Assembly: GCF_006345805.1 (NCBI RefSeq)
Contig: NC_043018.1
Span: forward strand, 7,006,001-7,070,000
Length of the DNA stretch: 64,000 bases
Direction: 5' to 3'
Source of the DNA: Octopus sinensis
Lineage: Eukaryota
The notes beneath the pieces were generated by a model. The model made no database searches, was not told where the DNA came from, and worked only from the letters and a program-made list of their open reading frames with translations. A program made the position numbers and the translations under genes. This document shows, in pieces, positions 26,021 to 38,237 of this stretch (position 1 is its first letter; every line of letters begins with the position of its first letter).

Positions 26021-26600
26021 AGGCGGCGAGCTGGCAGAAACGTTAGCGCACCAGGCAAAATGCTTAGCGGTATTTCGTATGCCGTTACGTTCTGAGTTCA
26101 AATTCTGCCGAGGTCGACTTTGCCTTTCATCCTTTCAGGGTCGATAAAGCACCAGTTTCACACTGGGGTCGATGTAATCGACTTAATTCGTTTGTCTGTC
26201 CTTGTTTGTCCTCTCTGTGTTTAGCCCCTTGTGGGTAGTAAAGAGATAGGTATTTCGTCTGTCATTACGTTCTGAGTTCAAATTCCGCTGAGGTCGACTT
26301 TGCCTTTCATCCTTTTGGGGTCGATTAAATAAGTACTAGTTTCGCACTGGGGTTAATATAATCAACTTAATCCCTTTGTCTGTCCTTGTTTGTCCCCTCT
26401 GTGTTTAGCCCCTTCTGGGTAGTAAAGAAATAGGTATTTCATCTGTCGTTACGTTCTGAGTTCAAATTCCACCGAGGTCGACTTTGCCTTTCATTCTTTC
26501 GGAGTCGATAAATAAAGTACCATGTTTGCAATGGGGTCGATTACATCGACTTAATCCCTTTGTCTGTCCTTGTTTGTCCCCTTTATGTTTAGCCCCTTGT
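26021..26600 (+). mobile_element. SINE family A trimer (head plus units at 26070, 26250, 26434)
   Basis: Head-to-tail 180-184-bp units, each with GAGTTCAAATTC. Confidence 0.9.
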
Positions 26601-26734
26601 GGGTAGTAAAGAAATATATATGATGCATGATCACAAGGGGAAATAATGCCCTGTGTATTACACGTCATACACAGCAGAGGCAAAGGGTTATACTAAGACA
26701 GGTATTTATCCACTCTTAACCATTTACCTTTCTT

Positions 26735-27110
26735 TACCTTTTTACTTGTTTCAGTCATTTGACTGCAGTCATGCTGGAGCACCACCTTTAGTCAAGGAAA
26801 TCGACCCCAGGACTTATTCTTTGTAAGCCTAGTACTTATTCTATCGGTCTCTTTTGCCGAACCGCTAAGTTACGGGGACGTAAACACACCAGCATCGGTT
26901 GTCAAGCGATGTTGGGAGGACAAACACACACACATATATATACATATATACAATGGGCTTCTTTCAGTTTCTGTCTATGAAATCTACTCACAAGGCTTTG
27001 GTCGGCCCATGGCTATAGTAGAAGACACTTGCCCAAGGTGCCATGCAGTGGGACTGAACCCGGAACCATGTGGTTGGTAAGCAAGCTACTTACCACACAG
27101 CCACTCCTGT
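26735..27110 (-). mobile_element. SINE family B (tRNA head, CORE-like ccttgggcaagtgtcttc, internal microsatellite)
   Basis: Full-length copy; the CORE assignment is by resemblance only. Confidence 0.8.
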
Positions 27111-27809
27111 CCAAATCATTTTCGTAAGTTTGTCCTAAATGTCAATGATTGCTTGCAGACTTTTAGTTAATACTTTCTTCATTTGTTCTGAGTAATGTAA
27201 AGCTGTCCTTTCATAAATCTCAAATTACACTGGTGGTTTTAAGCAATTACTGTTGTATATAAAACGCATCCAGTTCACAGTGTAAAGTGGTTGACATTTG
27301 GAAGGGCAATTCAGCTGTCAAAACCATGCCAAAACTGACCTTTCCTGTGCTGGTGCCACGTAAAAGGCACTTGCACTCTGCAGGGTAGTTGGTGTGAGGA
27401 AAGGCATCCAGCCATAATAACCCTGCCAGAACAGACACAGATGTATGGTGCAGTCTTCTGCTTAGCCATCTCCGGTCAAACTGTCCAACCCATGCCAGCA
27501 TGGAAGGAGGACACTAAATGATGGTGATGATGATCAACATATATGATGCACTGATGCTAGGCAGATACGTCCCCTGTATCACATGTGACACGGAGGACAG
27601 GCAAACAGTTAATCCCTGAACCTGATGTGGTTTCAAAGAATTTAGTTTTCTCAAACATCTTGAGCAATATCTAAATTCTCATGTTATACTTAGTCTTATA
27701 TTTTCATTTGTGTCGTTTCTAAAACACCAACTTACTTCCAAAGCTTCCTGTAATTTCCGGAGATCTAGTTTGTTATCTCCAAAACTCAGCTTATTCTCAG
27801 ATACTCTCT

Positions 27810-28008
27810 TTACTCTTTTACTTGTTTTCAGTCATTTGACTGCAGCCATGCTGGAGCACCGCCTTTAATCTAGCAACTCGACCCCGGGACTTATTCTTTC
27901 TAAGCCCAGTACTTATTCTATCGGTCTCTTTTGCTGAACCGCTAAGTGACGGGGACATAAACACACCAGTATCGGTTGTCAAGCAATACTAGGGGGACAA
28001 ACACAGAA

Positions 28009-28039
<31 letters not shown>

Positions 28040-28212
28040 CATATATACAACGGGCTTCTTTCAGTTTCCGTCTACCAAATCCACACACAAGGCATTGGTT
28101 GGCCTGAGGCTATAGTAGAAGACACTTGCACAAGGTGCCACGCAGTGGGACTGAACCCAGAACCATGTGGCTGATAGGCAAGCTACTTACCACACAGCCA
28201 CTCCTGCGCCTA
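27810..28212 (-). mobile_element. SINE family B, full length
   Basis: Homologous to 26735-27110. Confidence 0.85.
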
Positions 28213-28654
28213 TATGACAGTAATATTTGCAAAACACCAAATTATTTCCAAAGTATACATTAAAAAGAAGTTCATGCAGCTTCTAAGGGCCCTTGACAGT
28301 GTCCAAGTCTCACAGCTGTAGAATAGGACTGGGAGGACTAGAGACCAAAAGACCTGAACCTTTGCCTTCTTGCACAAGTATCAGCTGCACCAAACACCTT
28401 TTCTTTTCCAATAAGTCCACAACTGCGCCAGCTCATCCAAGTCTTTTTAGGACTTTAGACTCGCAGCTAATGCTACTACAAATGTTACTGCCAAAGTGAA
28501 GTGGTCAAAAACTTTGACATTCTCACCCAAAACAGAGACAGACAAAGTGGAGTCCTCCAAGAATCCAGCAAACTCCTTTGGTACCAGGATACTTCACAGG
28601 ATCGTGGGTTGCCATTGATCAGATTCGGTATCCAACCAACAACTCTATCATATA

Positions 28655-28843
28655 GGGAGAGTTTACGAAAAAAAACAAAAGACGAAGACAGGTGGTGTAC
28701 AAAACAAACAGATGTATTAGTATAACGCTCAGGAATAGAAAAAGTCTTTTATGTTTCGAGCCTATGCTCTTCTACAGAAAGCAACACAGAAAAAACAAGG
28801 AGAGAAAAAAATGTGTAGTGGCTAACGATCTATCATGGCGTCC

Positions 28844-28874
<31 letters not shown>

Positions 28875-29102
28875 TATATATTTATATTTATATATATATA
28901 TATATATATAGGGAGAGTTTACAAAAAAAAACAAAGGACGAAGACAGATGGTGCACAAAACAAAACAGATGTATTAGTATAACGCTCAGGAATAGAAAAA
29001 GTCTTTTACGTTTCGAGCCTATGCTCTTCTACAGAAAGCAACACAGAAAAAACAAGGAGAGAAAAAAATATGTGTAGTGGCTAACGATCTATCATGGCGT
29101 CC

Positions 29103-29133
<31 letters not shown>

Positions 29134-29141
29134 TATATATT

Positions 29142-29172
<31 letters not shown>

Positions 29173-29355
29173 TTTACAAAAAAAAACAAAGGACGAAGAC
29201 AGATGGTGTACAAAACAAAACAGATGTATTAGTATAACACTCAGGAATAGAAAAAGTCTTTAACATTTCGAACCTATGCTCTTCAACAGAAAGGGACACA
29301 GAAAAAACAAGGAGAGAAAAAAAATGTGTGTAGTGGCTAATGATCTATCATGGCG
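28655..29355 (-). mobile_element. Tandem trimer (~256-bp period) of the hammerhead-like repeat with 13-bp TSD
   Basis: Units at 28655, 28911, ~29166; actctatcatata (28642-28654) and actctaccatata (29356-29368). Confidence 0.85.
29003..29038 (-). ncRNA. Minimal type-I hammerhead-like motif, U6 core variant
   Basis: CUUU CUGUAGA A GAGC AUAG GCUC GAA ACGU A AAAG: stem I, stem II, palindromic stem III, GUA triplet. Confidence 0.55.
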
Positions 29356-29384
29356 ACTCTACCATATATTCTCACAGATATGTT

Positions 29385-29806
29385 ACACTTTTTTTACCAA
29401 AAACTTTCAATAAAAATCAGGAGTGTGACCTGTCCACTCAACATCACAGGGAACTAAAGTAGACAGCAGTGTATCAGTTGTCTTTTGTAACATTTTCTTT
29501 CCGTTGTGTTTGTAATTCTAGATGGTTTTTTTTTCTTTTTGTTGAGTCGATTTATCAATTCAACTACTTCCATAAAGTCATTTCTGCAAAATTGTTTTTA
29601 TATTTGTATGCAAAGTTTTGAAATAAAGGTGAATATTTGAGAATATTTAACAAATATTAGTTATATTTATGTTATAAAAAGGACCCTGTAACTCCTCAGA
29701 TTATAGTGCAACCCATCTATGAGTCAACTGCAAATACCTACTTTAACAACTCCAAACTAAGGGTTTGACCTATCCACTGGTGTGACCTGTTCACGAGTAT
29801 ATACAG
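29385..29806 (+). mobile_element. Decayed Tc2/pogo-like DNA transposon right end
   Basis: Ends gacctgttcacgagtatatacagta, with related g.gacct.tccac motifs at about 29425 and 29765. Confidence 0.4.
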
Positions 29807-30189
29807 TACTAAGAAACTGGAATGCATCCTGTTACTTGTATGCAGTGGAAGCACTAGTTCAGACTTTTTGACCAATGTATGATTCCGAAGCACCAGCTTA
29901 GAATGTTTGACCACTGTTTGACCATTGTTGCTCAGTTTTCCCATTGTTGCTCAGTTTGCTTACAGTGTTCTCTTCTTCACTGAAGATCCGGCTAAGTTGA
30001 TGATTCATGTTGGTCAGCCACATACCAGATGGTAAAAGCAGATCAGGCATCTTGCAGAGATGCGGACTGACAGGGACTTTGCTCAATGGGTGACCCAGGA
30101 GGACCCAGCAATATACCAACAAATGGTAAATGCAGCAACTCACGCCAATGGAGCATCTCCCTGCACACACACCTGATCTCACTTATACA

Positions 30190-31370
30190 TTAAGCTATTT
30201 CCCAAATTTCTGTTATTTCTTGAAATTCATATTATATCTTAAAGTCCAAAATCCAACATATTTACAATGAACCACATCATTGCCAGAGTCCTGTATTTTT
30301 TCTTAAACTGTCATGTTTTTCCACAATACCATTATATTCCTAAAACTTGACCTTATTTCTAAATTTTCCAGTAATTTCAGCCCCAAGCCATAGAGATATT
30401 TTGAAAGCACCAAGTTAAATCCAAAATCTCCATATATTTCCCAAGTATCCATTATGTTATTTTCCAAAATATTGTGATATTTCAAGTCCTGTGTTATTTC
30501 CAAAGCCTTGTTTTATTTCTAAATTCTAAGGATACTCCAACAACCTTATGTTATCTACAAGCTATTAGACAATTTCCAAAGCTCCTTGTCATTTTCAAAG
30601 AACATTAAGATATTTCCAAAGCACTGAATTGTGTTACTCCCAAAACATCCATCAGGATATTTTCAAGGGTTCCATGTAATTTCCAAAACTCTTGTGTTAT
30701 TTCTAAATCCTAATGTTATTTATAAAGCCTCATGTTATCTCTATGCCATCATTATTTTTCCTAAAGCATCAAATTAATTCCCAAACCTTGCATTATTCCC
30801 AAACTATCTCTGATGTTATTTTCTAAGTTTTATATTCCATTCAAAGCCATATGTTATTTACAGTCCACAAATGTTTCAAAAGCAATTAATTTTTTCTTCA
30901 GTTTTCAGTTATTTTCAAAGAACCTGTCATTTTTCTTCTGAAGCGCTGTGATATTTCCAAGTGGTTGTGTCATTTCCAAAGTATATTCATATTTATAACC
31001 AAAAAAAAAAAAAGCCATCATGCTATTTCTGAAGTCTTGTGTTATTTCTAAAGTCTCACATAATCTCAAAACATTTTGGCATTTAAAAGTACCAAGTTAT
31101 TTCCAAACCTTTCCATTTTCATCAAAGCATAATGTTATATCCAAAACGTTGTCTTATTTCAAAAACTTTGTTATTTCAAATCCTCGGAGCCTCGTTTTAT
31201 CACAAAAGTCTTGTAATATCACTAACACCATGTGTTACCATCATACCAAACTGTTACTGCCAAAGCCATGTGTTAGCACCAAAGCCAGTTTTATATTGTC
31301 AAAGATTCTTGATACTAAAAATATCTTATATTCATTTTTGATATCTCCAAAGCCTGACTAGAGTTTCTAT
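30190..31370 (+). repeat. Largest patch of the degenerate ~19-bp TGTTATTTCCAAA minisatellite
   Basis: Near-continuous ttatttccaaa-like units. Confidence 0.65.
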
Positions 31371-31388
31371 TAAAATATCATTTTTATC

Positions 31389-31694
31389 TTTCATTTTTGG
31401 ATTTGGTTTGCAAGATTCTTTATATGAGTTCATGTGTTGAAGCAAATTCTGTTGTGTCTGGGGAGAGTCATTCTCTTTTAGTGCCTTATTATTTAACACA
31501 CTCACCGGTAAAATTTCCACTTATTTCTTATTTTTATTTTCTAAAATTTTCGTTGCATCTTGCAACCTTTTCAATAGTCTTGACTCTATTGAAAAGGTTG
31601 CAAGACGCTACGAAAATTTTAGGAAAATAAAAATAAGAAATAAGTGGAAATTTTACTGGTGAGTGTGTTAAATAATAAGGCACTAAAAGAGAAT
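31389..31694. mobile_element. Fold-back MITE, copy 1 (8-nt spacer, right arm truncated)
   Basis: Arms meet at 31578-31585; homologous to 51691-52135. Confidence 0.85.
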
Positions 31695-31696
31695 AT

Positions 31697-32115
31697 ACAT
31701 ATTTCTTTACTACCCACAAGGGGATACACACAGAGGGGACAAACAAGGACAGACAAACGGATTAAGTCAATTATATTGACCCCAGTGCATAACTGGTACT
31801 TAATTTATTGACCCCGAAAGGATGAAAGGCGAAGTCGACCTTGGCGGAATTTGAACTCAGAATGTAGCGGCAGACGAAATACCTATTTCTTTACTGCTCA
31901 CAAGGGGTTAAACACAGCAGGGACAAACAAGGACAGACAATTGGATTAAGTCGATTATATTGACCCCAGTGCGTAACTGGTACTTATTTAATCAACCCTG
32001 AAAGGATGAAAGGATAAGTCAACCTCGACGGAATTTGAACTCAGAACATAACGGCAGACAAAATACGGCTACGCATTTCGCCCGGCATGCTAACATTTCT
32101 GCCAGATCGCCACCG
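31697..32115 (-). mobile_element. SINE family A dimer
   Basis: Two units plus head, abutting the MITE. Confidence 0.85.
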
Positions 32116-33887
32116 TAAATATACAATATACAATCACAACATCATAATTTCAAAGCTACAAAATAATGCAAGATTGATTTAAAACAAAGTGAATGAAAAA
32201 GCATTACATTTGGCAGAATAACCTGAATGCTAAAGGATTAAGGGAAAAGGGTCAGATTATTATATTGACTCCAGCATTCAACTGATACTTTATTTTACTG
32301 ACCCAAAAAGATGAAAGGCAAAAACCAATCTCAGCAACATTTGAACCCAAACTATAAAAGAGCCAGAGAAAATGCAACAAAGTATTTTGTACAGCATAAT
32401 AATGGTTCTACCAGCTTGCTACCTTCACCTCAACTATTAATAAAACTAAAACTGGAAGACATCACTTGTCTTACTGCTGAACCATGAAGGCATGTGGCTT
32501 AGTAATTAGGGGTATTTGGTTCGTGATTGTAAGGTTGTGAGTTCGATTCCCATTCTGGAATTGAACAAGGCTCATTATTTCACGTTACTTTAGTTCACTC
32601 AGCTGGCAAAAGATGAGTTGTTCAAAGGGACCAGCCTTGTCACATTCTGTGTCATGCTAAATCCCCGAGAACTATGTTACGGGTACATGCATCTGTGGAG
32701 TTCTCAGCCACTTGCAGGTTAATTTCATGAGCAGGATGTATTAAAGGATAAAGCATAAAGATCCCCTTTGGTCATAAATGACCATTGGATTGAACCTAGA
32801 AATTTCCCCCTTGAGGCACAAGTCCGGGCAAGGTTGTCTTTATGGAAGACCAGCAGTCACCGATGCATACCAGCCTCCTCTCACCATACCACCGATGTCA
32901 TCCAAAGGAAAGACAAAAGCTGATACAGCTTGGCACCAGTGACATCGCAACTCATTTCCACAGTTGAGTAAACTTGAGCATGAAATAACGTGTCTTGCTC
33001 ACGAACACAACACACAACCCAGTCCAGGAATCAAACTCACTACCTCATGCTCTAACCACTGAGCCATGCACCTTTATGACCAGGACATACCATAATTTAA
33101 ATCAAATGGAACTCTTACTGTTGTAATCAACAGAGAGCCAGGTTTTTCTTTTTATTAAACCAACATGTAACCACCGAACGAAAAGCACTGTCATCGAAAG
33201 CACTATCACCAAATTCTTACGGTATTTGCAAAGTGTCTTTTATTTGCTATGTGTTCATATTATTTTGAAAGCTTCCTGCAGTGTCTATAGTCTAAATTTA
33301 TTTCCAAATCCTTGTCTTGTTTCCAAAATCTCAAAATGCTCATGGTGTTTCTACACACTCCTGCTATTTATAAACATTTATGCCGTATCCAAAAAAGAAA
33401 AAGAAAAAAAACTGTGCAAGATTCCCAAGACTTCAGAATAATCCCAAAGAATAATAATAAGGATGAAGACAACAATGGTGACAGCAGGAGGGGGGCAGGG
33501 GAGGGGAAGAGAAGGTGAAGTGGTGAAGGGTGGATAAGGAGGGTAGAGAGGAGGGAGACGGGGAGGAAGAGGAGGGGAAGAAGGAGAATGAGGAGGAAGA
33601 GGGGGAAGAGTACAACAGCAAGAAAAGAGATAGGAGGAGGTGAACTGATTATGAAAAGGTTGTAAAGAAGAATGAGATAAAAGGAGAAGAAAAAATAAAG
33701 TAAAATAAAATAAAGCAACAAAAACAACAAAGAAAAAAATGGAAATAGAAGATGAGGAAGCAGGAAATCAAACCCAAAATTTAATAAAAATGTAACACAC
33801 AGCAGGCCACCCTGCCTTACTGCTACAGTATAGTAATTCCAGAAAGTTCCATGTTCTGTAAAGCATATATATAGATATATGCATGTC

Positions 33888-33918
<31 letters not shown>

Positions 33919-34704
33919 CATATGTATGTATGTGTGTATATATATATAGACATATGTATGTATGTGTGTGTGTATATATATATAGAGAGAGAGAGAGACA
34001 TATGTATGTATGTATGTGTGTGTGTGTATGTATGTGTGTGTGTGTATATATATATATATGTATATATACACACACACACACAGAAGAAGCCAGCATTCTG
34101 GATTAGTTTCAAATGGAACCAATTCTTTAACACCAAGAAATATTTTTGAAGCAAAAAATAAATTCTTTGAAAAAATATATAAAACATGTATATATAAGCA
34201 CATACATAAATACACACACACACACGCACACACCCAGCAAAATATAACTGTAAAACATATGCACACTCAGAATGTTGCTACCTGGAAAGAACTTTCTAAG
34301 AATAAGTCAAAGATGAAAAAGGTAAAAAGGAAAAAGAAAGAAATTAAGAAATCAAAGAGAAGAAATAAATATTACTTCAAAGAAAACAACATAATATAAA
34401 AAAAAAAATTGTCTAGCCAGACAATGATTAAAAATAATAATAAAAAATAAAGAAAAATCCTGCAAGAAGGAAGTGAGGAAGGAAGATGCAAAGGAAGTGA
34501 GGAAGGAATAAATGTATTTTCACACTACATAAACTTCAACTTTACAAATAGATGCCAAGTCTATTTCCAACCCCCACAACAACCCCTACACATTCATGCT
34601 TCTGTCTGTCTGTCTGTCTGTCTGTCTGTATGAAGGTAGGGATATGTATACATATATATGCTTGTTTATATACATGCTTGTTTAAGCATGTTATATGCAT
34701 GTGT

Positions 34705-34745
<41 letters not shown>

Positions 34746-35049
34746 TTAAAAAAATGAATAGAAATGGCTTTTACTTATAAACATCTAATTATTAAAGTGG
34801 AAAAATTATCAAAAAGTCATTTCTATTCATTTTTTAAAAATATATAATATTGAACAAAGAGCTTTTGATTTCTTATTGTACTATATGTATGTGTGTTTTA
34901 TTTTTTATTTTGTTTCAGCCATTAGACTGTAGGCCATGCTGGAGCACCACATAAAAAAATTTTCATGAAATTAATCGACCCCAGTACATTTTCCTTTTTG
35001 CTAAGATTTGTGTGTCTGTGCACGTGTGTGTGTGTATGTATGTATCTAT

Positions 35050-35392
35050 ATATCACCATGATCGCCGTTACCGACCAGGCTATCTGATGTTGCTACACAT
35101 GAAGTGAGGAAGGAATAAATGTATTTTCACACTACAATGCGCTTCGCATTGTTTTAGCCTTCAAATGACACCACCCCGCTGGCTAAGTGAGCAGGCCAAT
35201 AGAAGAAAGAGTGAGAGAAAGTTGTGGCGAAAGAGTACAGCAGGGATCACCACTACCCCCTGTTGGAGCTTTGTGGAGCTTTAGGCGTTTTCGCTCAATA
35301 AACACTCACAACGCCCAGTCTGGGAATCGAAACCGTCATCCTACAACCGTGAGTCCACTGCCCTAACCACTGGGCCATTGCACCTCCACGTA
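35050..35392 (-). mobile_element. SINE family C carrying a 36-bp templated insertion
   Basis: Homologous to 3215-3525 except 35101-35136, which is identical to 34494-34529. Confidence 0.8.
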
Positions 35393-35419
35393 TGTATATA
35401 TATATATATATAATTATCA

Positions 35420-35606
35420 AAAAAAAAACGGTGGAAAAAGACAAGAAAAAAGACCCTGAGGACGTGGCACATACAAAGTATTAATGAGACACTCAGAGAA
35501 GGAAAGAAAGGGTGTTTTACGTTTCAAGCAAAGTTCTTCTTCAGAAACAGGAGACAGAGGCAAGTCCAAGAGAAAAGGAAGACAGAGGAAGAAAATCGCC
35601 AACAGT
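35420..35606 (-). mobile_element. Small Penelope pLTR-like repeat with hammerhead motif
   Basis: Contains the motif at 35514-35548; flanked by (TA)n. Confidence 0.5.
35514..35548 (-). ncRNA. Minimal type-I hammerhead motif, canonical core, degraded stem II
   Basis: GUUU CUGAAGA A GAAC UUU GCUU GAA ACGU A AAAC. Confidence 0.55.
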
Positions 35607-35690
35607 ATATATATATACACCGGAGTAAACACATAAATGTGAAACAAGGTGGAAAAAAGAGTACTCAAATACCAGAGGTAGAGTAAAATG

Positions 35691-35799
35691 CTTTATTTAA
35701 AGCAGCAGAAAATTCAACAAACCCTGTTACTCTGAGTTTCATGTTCCAGTGAACTCAGAGTAACACGTTTTGTTGAATTTTCTGGTGCTTTAAATAAAG
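35691..35799. repeat. Near-perfect 48-bp inverted repeat with 13-nt loop
   Basis: Arms 35691-35738 and 35752-35799, 3 mismatches. Confidence 0.9.
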
Positions 35800-36169
35800 T
35801 ATATATATATATGTATATATATATGTGTATATATATATGTGTATATATATATGTTTATGTGTGTATATATATATATGTATATATATATATATGTGTATAT
35901 ATATATGTGTATATATATATATATGTGTATATATATATATATATGTGTATATATATATATGTATGTGTGTGTATATATATATATATATGTATGTGTGTAT
36001 ATATGTATGTGTATATATGTATGTGTATATATGTATGTGTATATATGTATGTGTATATATATGTATGTGTATATATGTATGTGTATATATGTATGTATAT
36101 ATATGTGTGTATATATGTGTGTATATATGTGTGTGTGTATATATGTGTATGTATATATGTGTGTATATA

Positions 36170-36215
<46 letters not shown>

Positions 36216-36217
36216 TA

Positions 36218-37320
36218 CAGGGTGCAGTGAGCAAATTGTTGCCATTTCTTATTTTTAGTTTCATGCATGCACATTAGTTTTGATTTTGTTGATGACATAG
36301 TATAGTAGGGTCAGCTGGACAACGTCTGTGAGGAGAACAGCTCCATGATGCAATTCACTCTCCCAGAAATTTGGAAATGATATGCTGTACTGCTTGGGAT
36401 TCATGCCGGAAGCTCCAATAGGAACATTTTAGAGTGTAATCTGAGGACATGTACCCCAAGTGATAAAAATCATACACCCAGTCAACATCAGGGTATTTGG
36501 AGTGATCACTAGTGATGGAGGTATCCTTATCGAGCCATGCCAGGCTCATAAGGGCTGGTTTCAGTGGCGTAGAAATTCCCCACCGGGACAGGACGCCAAT
36601 CCATCGCAGAATTACTCATTTTTGCCAGCTGAGTGAGCTGGAGCAACGTGAAAATGAAGTGTTTTGCTCAAGAACACAACGCATCGCCCGATCCAGGAAT
36701 CGAAACCACAACCTTACGATCATGAATTCAACACCCTAACCACTAAGCCATGCGCCTCCACTAGTGATGGTGACGTTATGTCTCTATTCATCTTCCCACA
36801 TGGCCTCACACTCAAAATGGAAGTCTACATCAAGTGCCTGGAGGAGGTAGTGCTGCCCTGGGTCAAGAGGGGGACTTCTGGAAGACTCTATGTCTGGCAA
36901 CAGGACCCTGTACCATGCCACACAAGCAGGAGAACCCAGTCATGGCTGTCAGACAATTTCTATAACCACATCACCCCTAACATCTGGCCACCTAACTCCT
37001 CAGACAGCAACCCCCTTAAATATCATATCTGGGGTGCAGTTGAGACAGGACCAATAAAACTTCTTGTAACACCAAAGATGAACTGAAGGCAAAGATTTTA
37101 GCAGTATTCACCAACTTAAACAAGGTAACCATTCAAGAGAGTTGCAGGAGTTTCTGAAGTCATCTTGAAGCCAATGGCGATTTTATTAAATAAATTTACT
37201 CCTTAATATTTCAAGATATTTTTATATAATTTTAGTAAATATATAATTTTAGTAAAATGAGATGTCAGTGTTACTTTCATTTTTGCATAGTTTAGATGAC
37301 AGTTTATGCACCACACCCTG
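36218..37320 (+). mobile_element. Internally deleted maT-like (DD37D-spaced) Tc1/mariner element with both ends
   Basis: TA|CAGGGTG...CACCCTG|TA; transposase remnant VFGVITSDGDVM...WQQD-x37-(K)Y with WPPNSSDSNPL; third catalytic residue mutated. Confidence 0.8.
36519..36758 (-). mobile_element. SINE family E-related insertion in the maT element with 12-bp TSD
   Basis: cactagtgatgg at 36507-36518 and 36759-36770. Confidence 0.85.
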
Positions 37321-37384
37321 TATATGAGGTAAACTCAAATAGCATTCAAAATTTGTGATAGCTGTTTCAGTAGAATTTTTATAA

Positions 37385-37570
37385 ATTACAGAGATGTACT
37401 CGCATAGCAAGTGACTTGATCTGAGATTGTGTGCTGAAACGAAAACAATTGCAGCGTGGAAGGTGTTTATAAGCCATTTAAGAAACACACAAAGGCCGTT
37501 CGATTCACTTCAACATTTAAGTTTAATTTGTCAAAATATTTTCGTCGCTAAAATCCGCGACCTGTTCACT
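37385..37570 (-). mobile_element. Second copy of the pLTR-like repeat with G3:C8 hammerhead-like motif (5' strand of stem I lost)
   Basis: Reverse complement of about 56853-57040. Confidence 0.75.
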
Positions 37571-37714
37571 TTTATAAATTAATTATAAAAGATTGTCATA
37601 ATATACACGCAACCATCATCAGGTAAAATTTTAAACAGCTAGGATTTTAAACATCACCTTTTAAACATAACCAGCATCAGCTAGGCTAGTATATATATAT
37701 ATATATATATATAC

Positions 37715-38137
37715 TCTTTACTCTTTTACTCTTTTACTTGTTTCAGTCATTTGACTGTGGCCATGCTGGAGCACCACCTTTTAGTCGAGCAAACGACCCC
37801 AGGACTTATTCTTTGTAAGCCTAGTACTTATTCTATTCGGTCTCTTTTGCCGAACCGCTAAATTGCGGTGACGTAAACACACCAGCATCGGTTGTCAAGT
37901 GATGTTGGGGGGACAAACACAGACACACAAACATATACACATACATATATATATATATATACATATATATATATGACGGGCTTCTTTCAGTTTCCGTCTA
38001 CCAAATCCACTCACAAGGCTTTGGTCGGCCCGAGGCTATAGTAGAAGACACTTACCCAAGGTGCCACGCAGTGGGACTGAACCCGGAACCATGTGGTTTG
38101 TAAGCAAGCTACTTACCACACAGCCACTCCTCCGCCC
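37715..38137 (-). mobile_element. SINE family B, full length
   Basis: Homology to other family B copies; (CTTTTA)n tail. Confidence 0.85.
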
Positions 38138-38172
<35 letters not shown>

Positions 38173-38199
38173 GTATGTATGTATGTAAGTAAGTAAGTA

Positions 38200-38237
<38 letters not shown>

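Noticed and set aside
34745-34840. ~27-bp AT-rich inverted repeat
   Set aside because: Single copy, low complexity, no clear TSD; probably a MITE relic.
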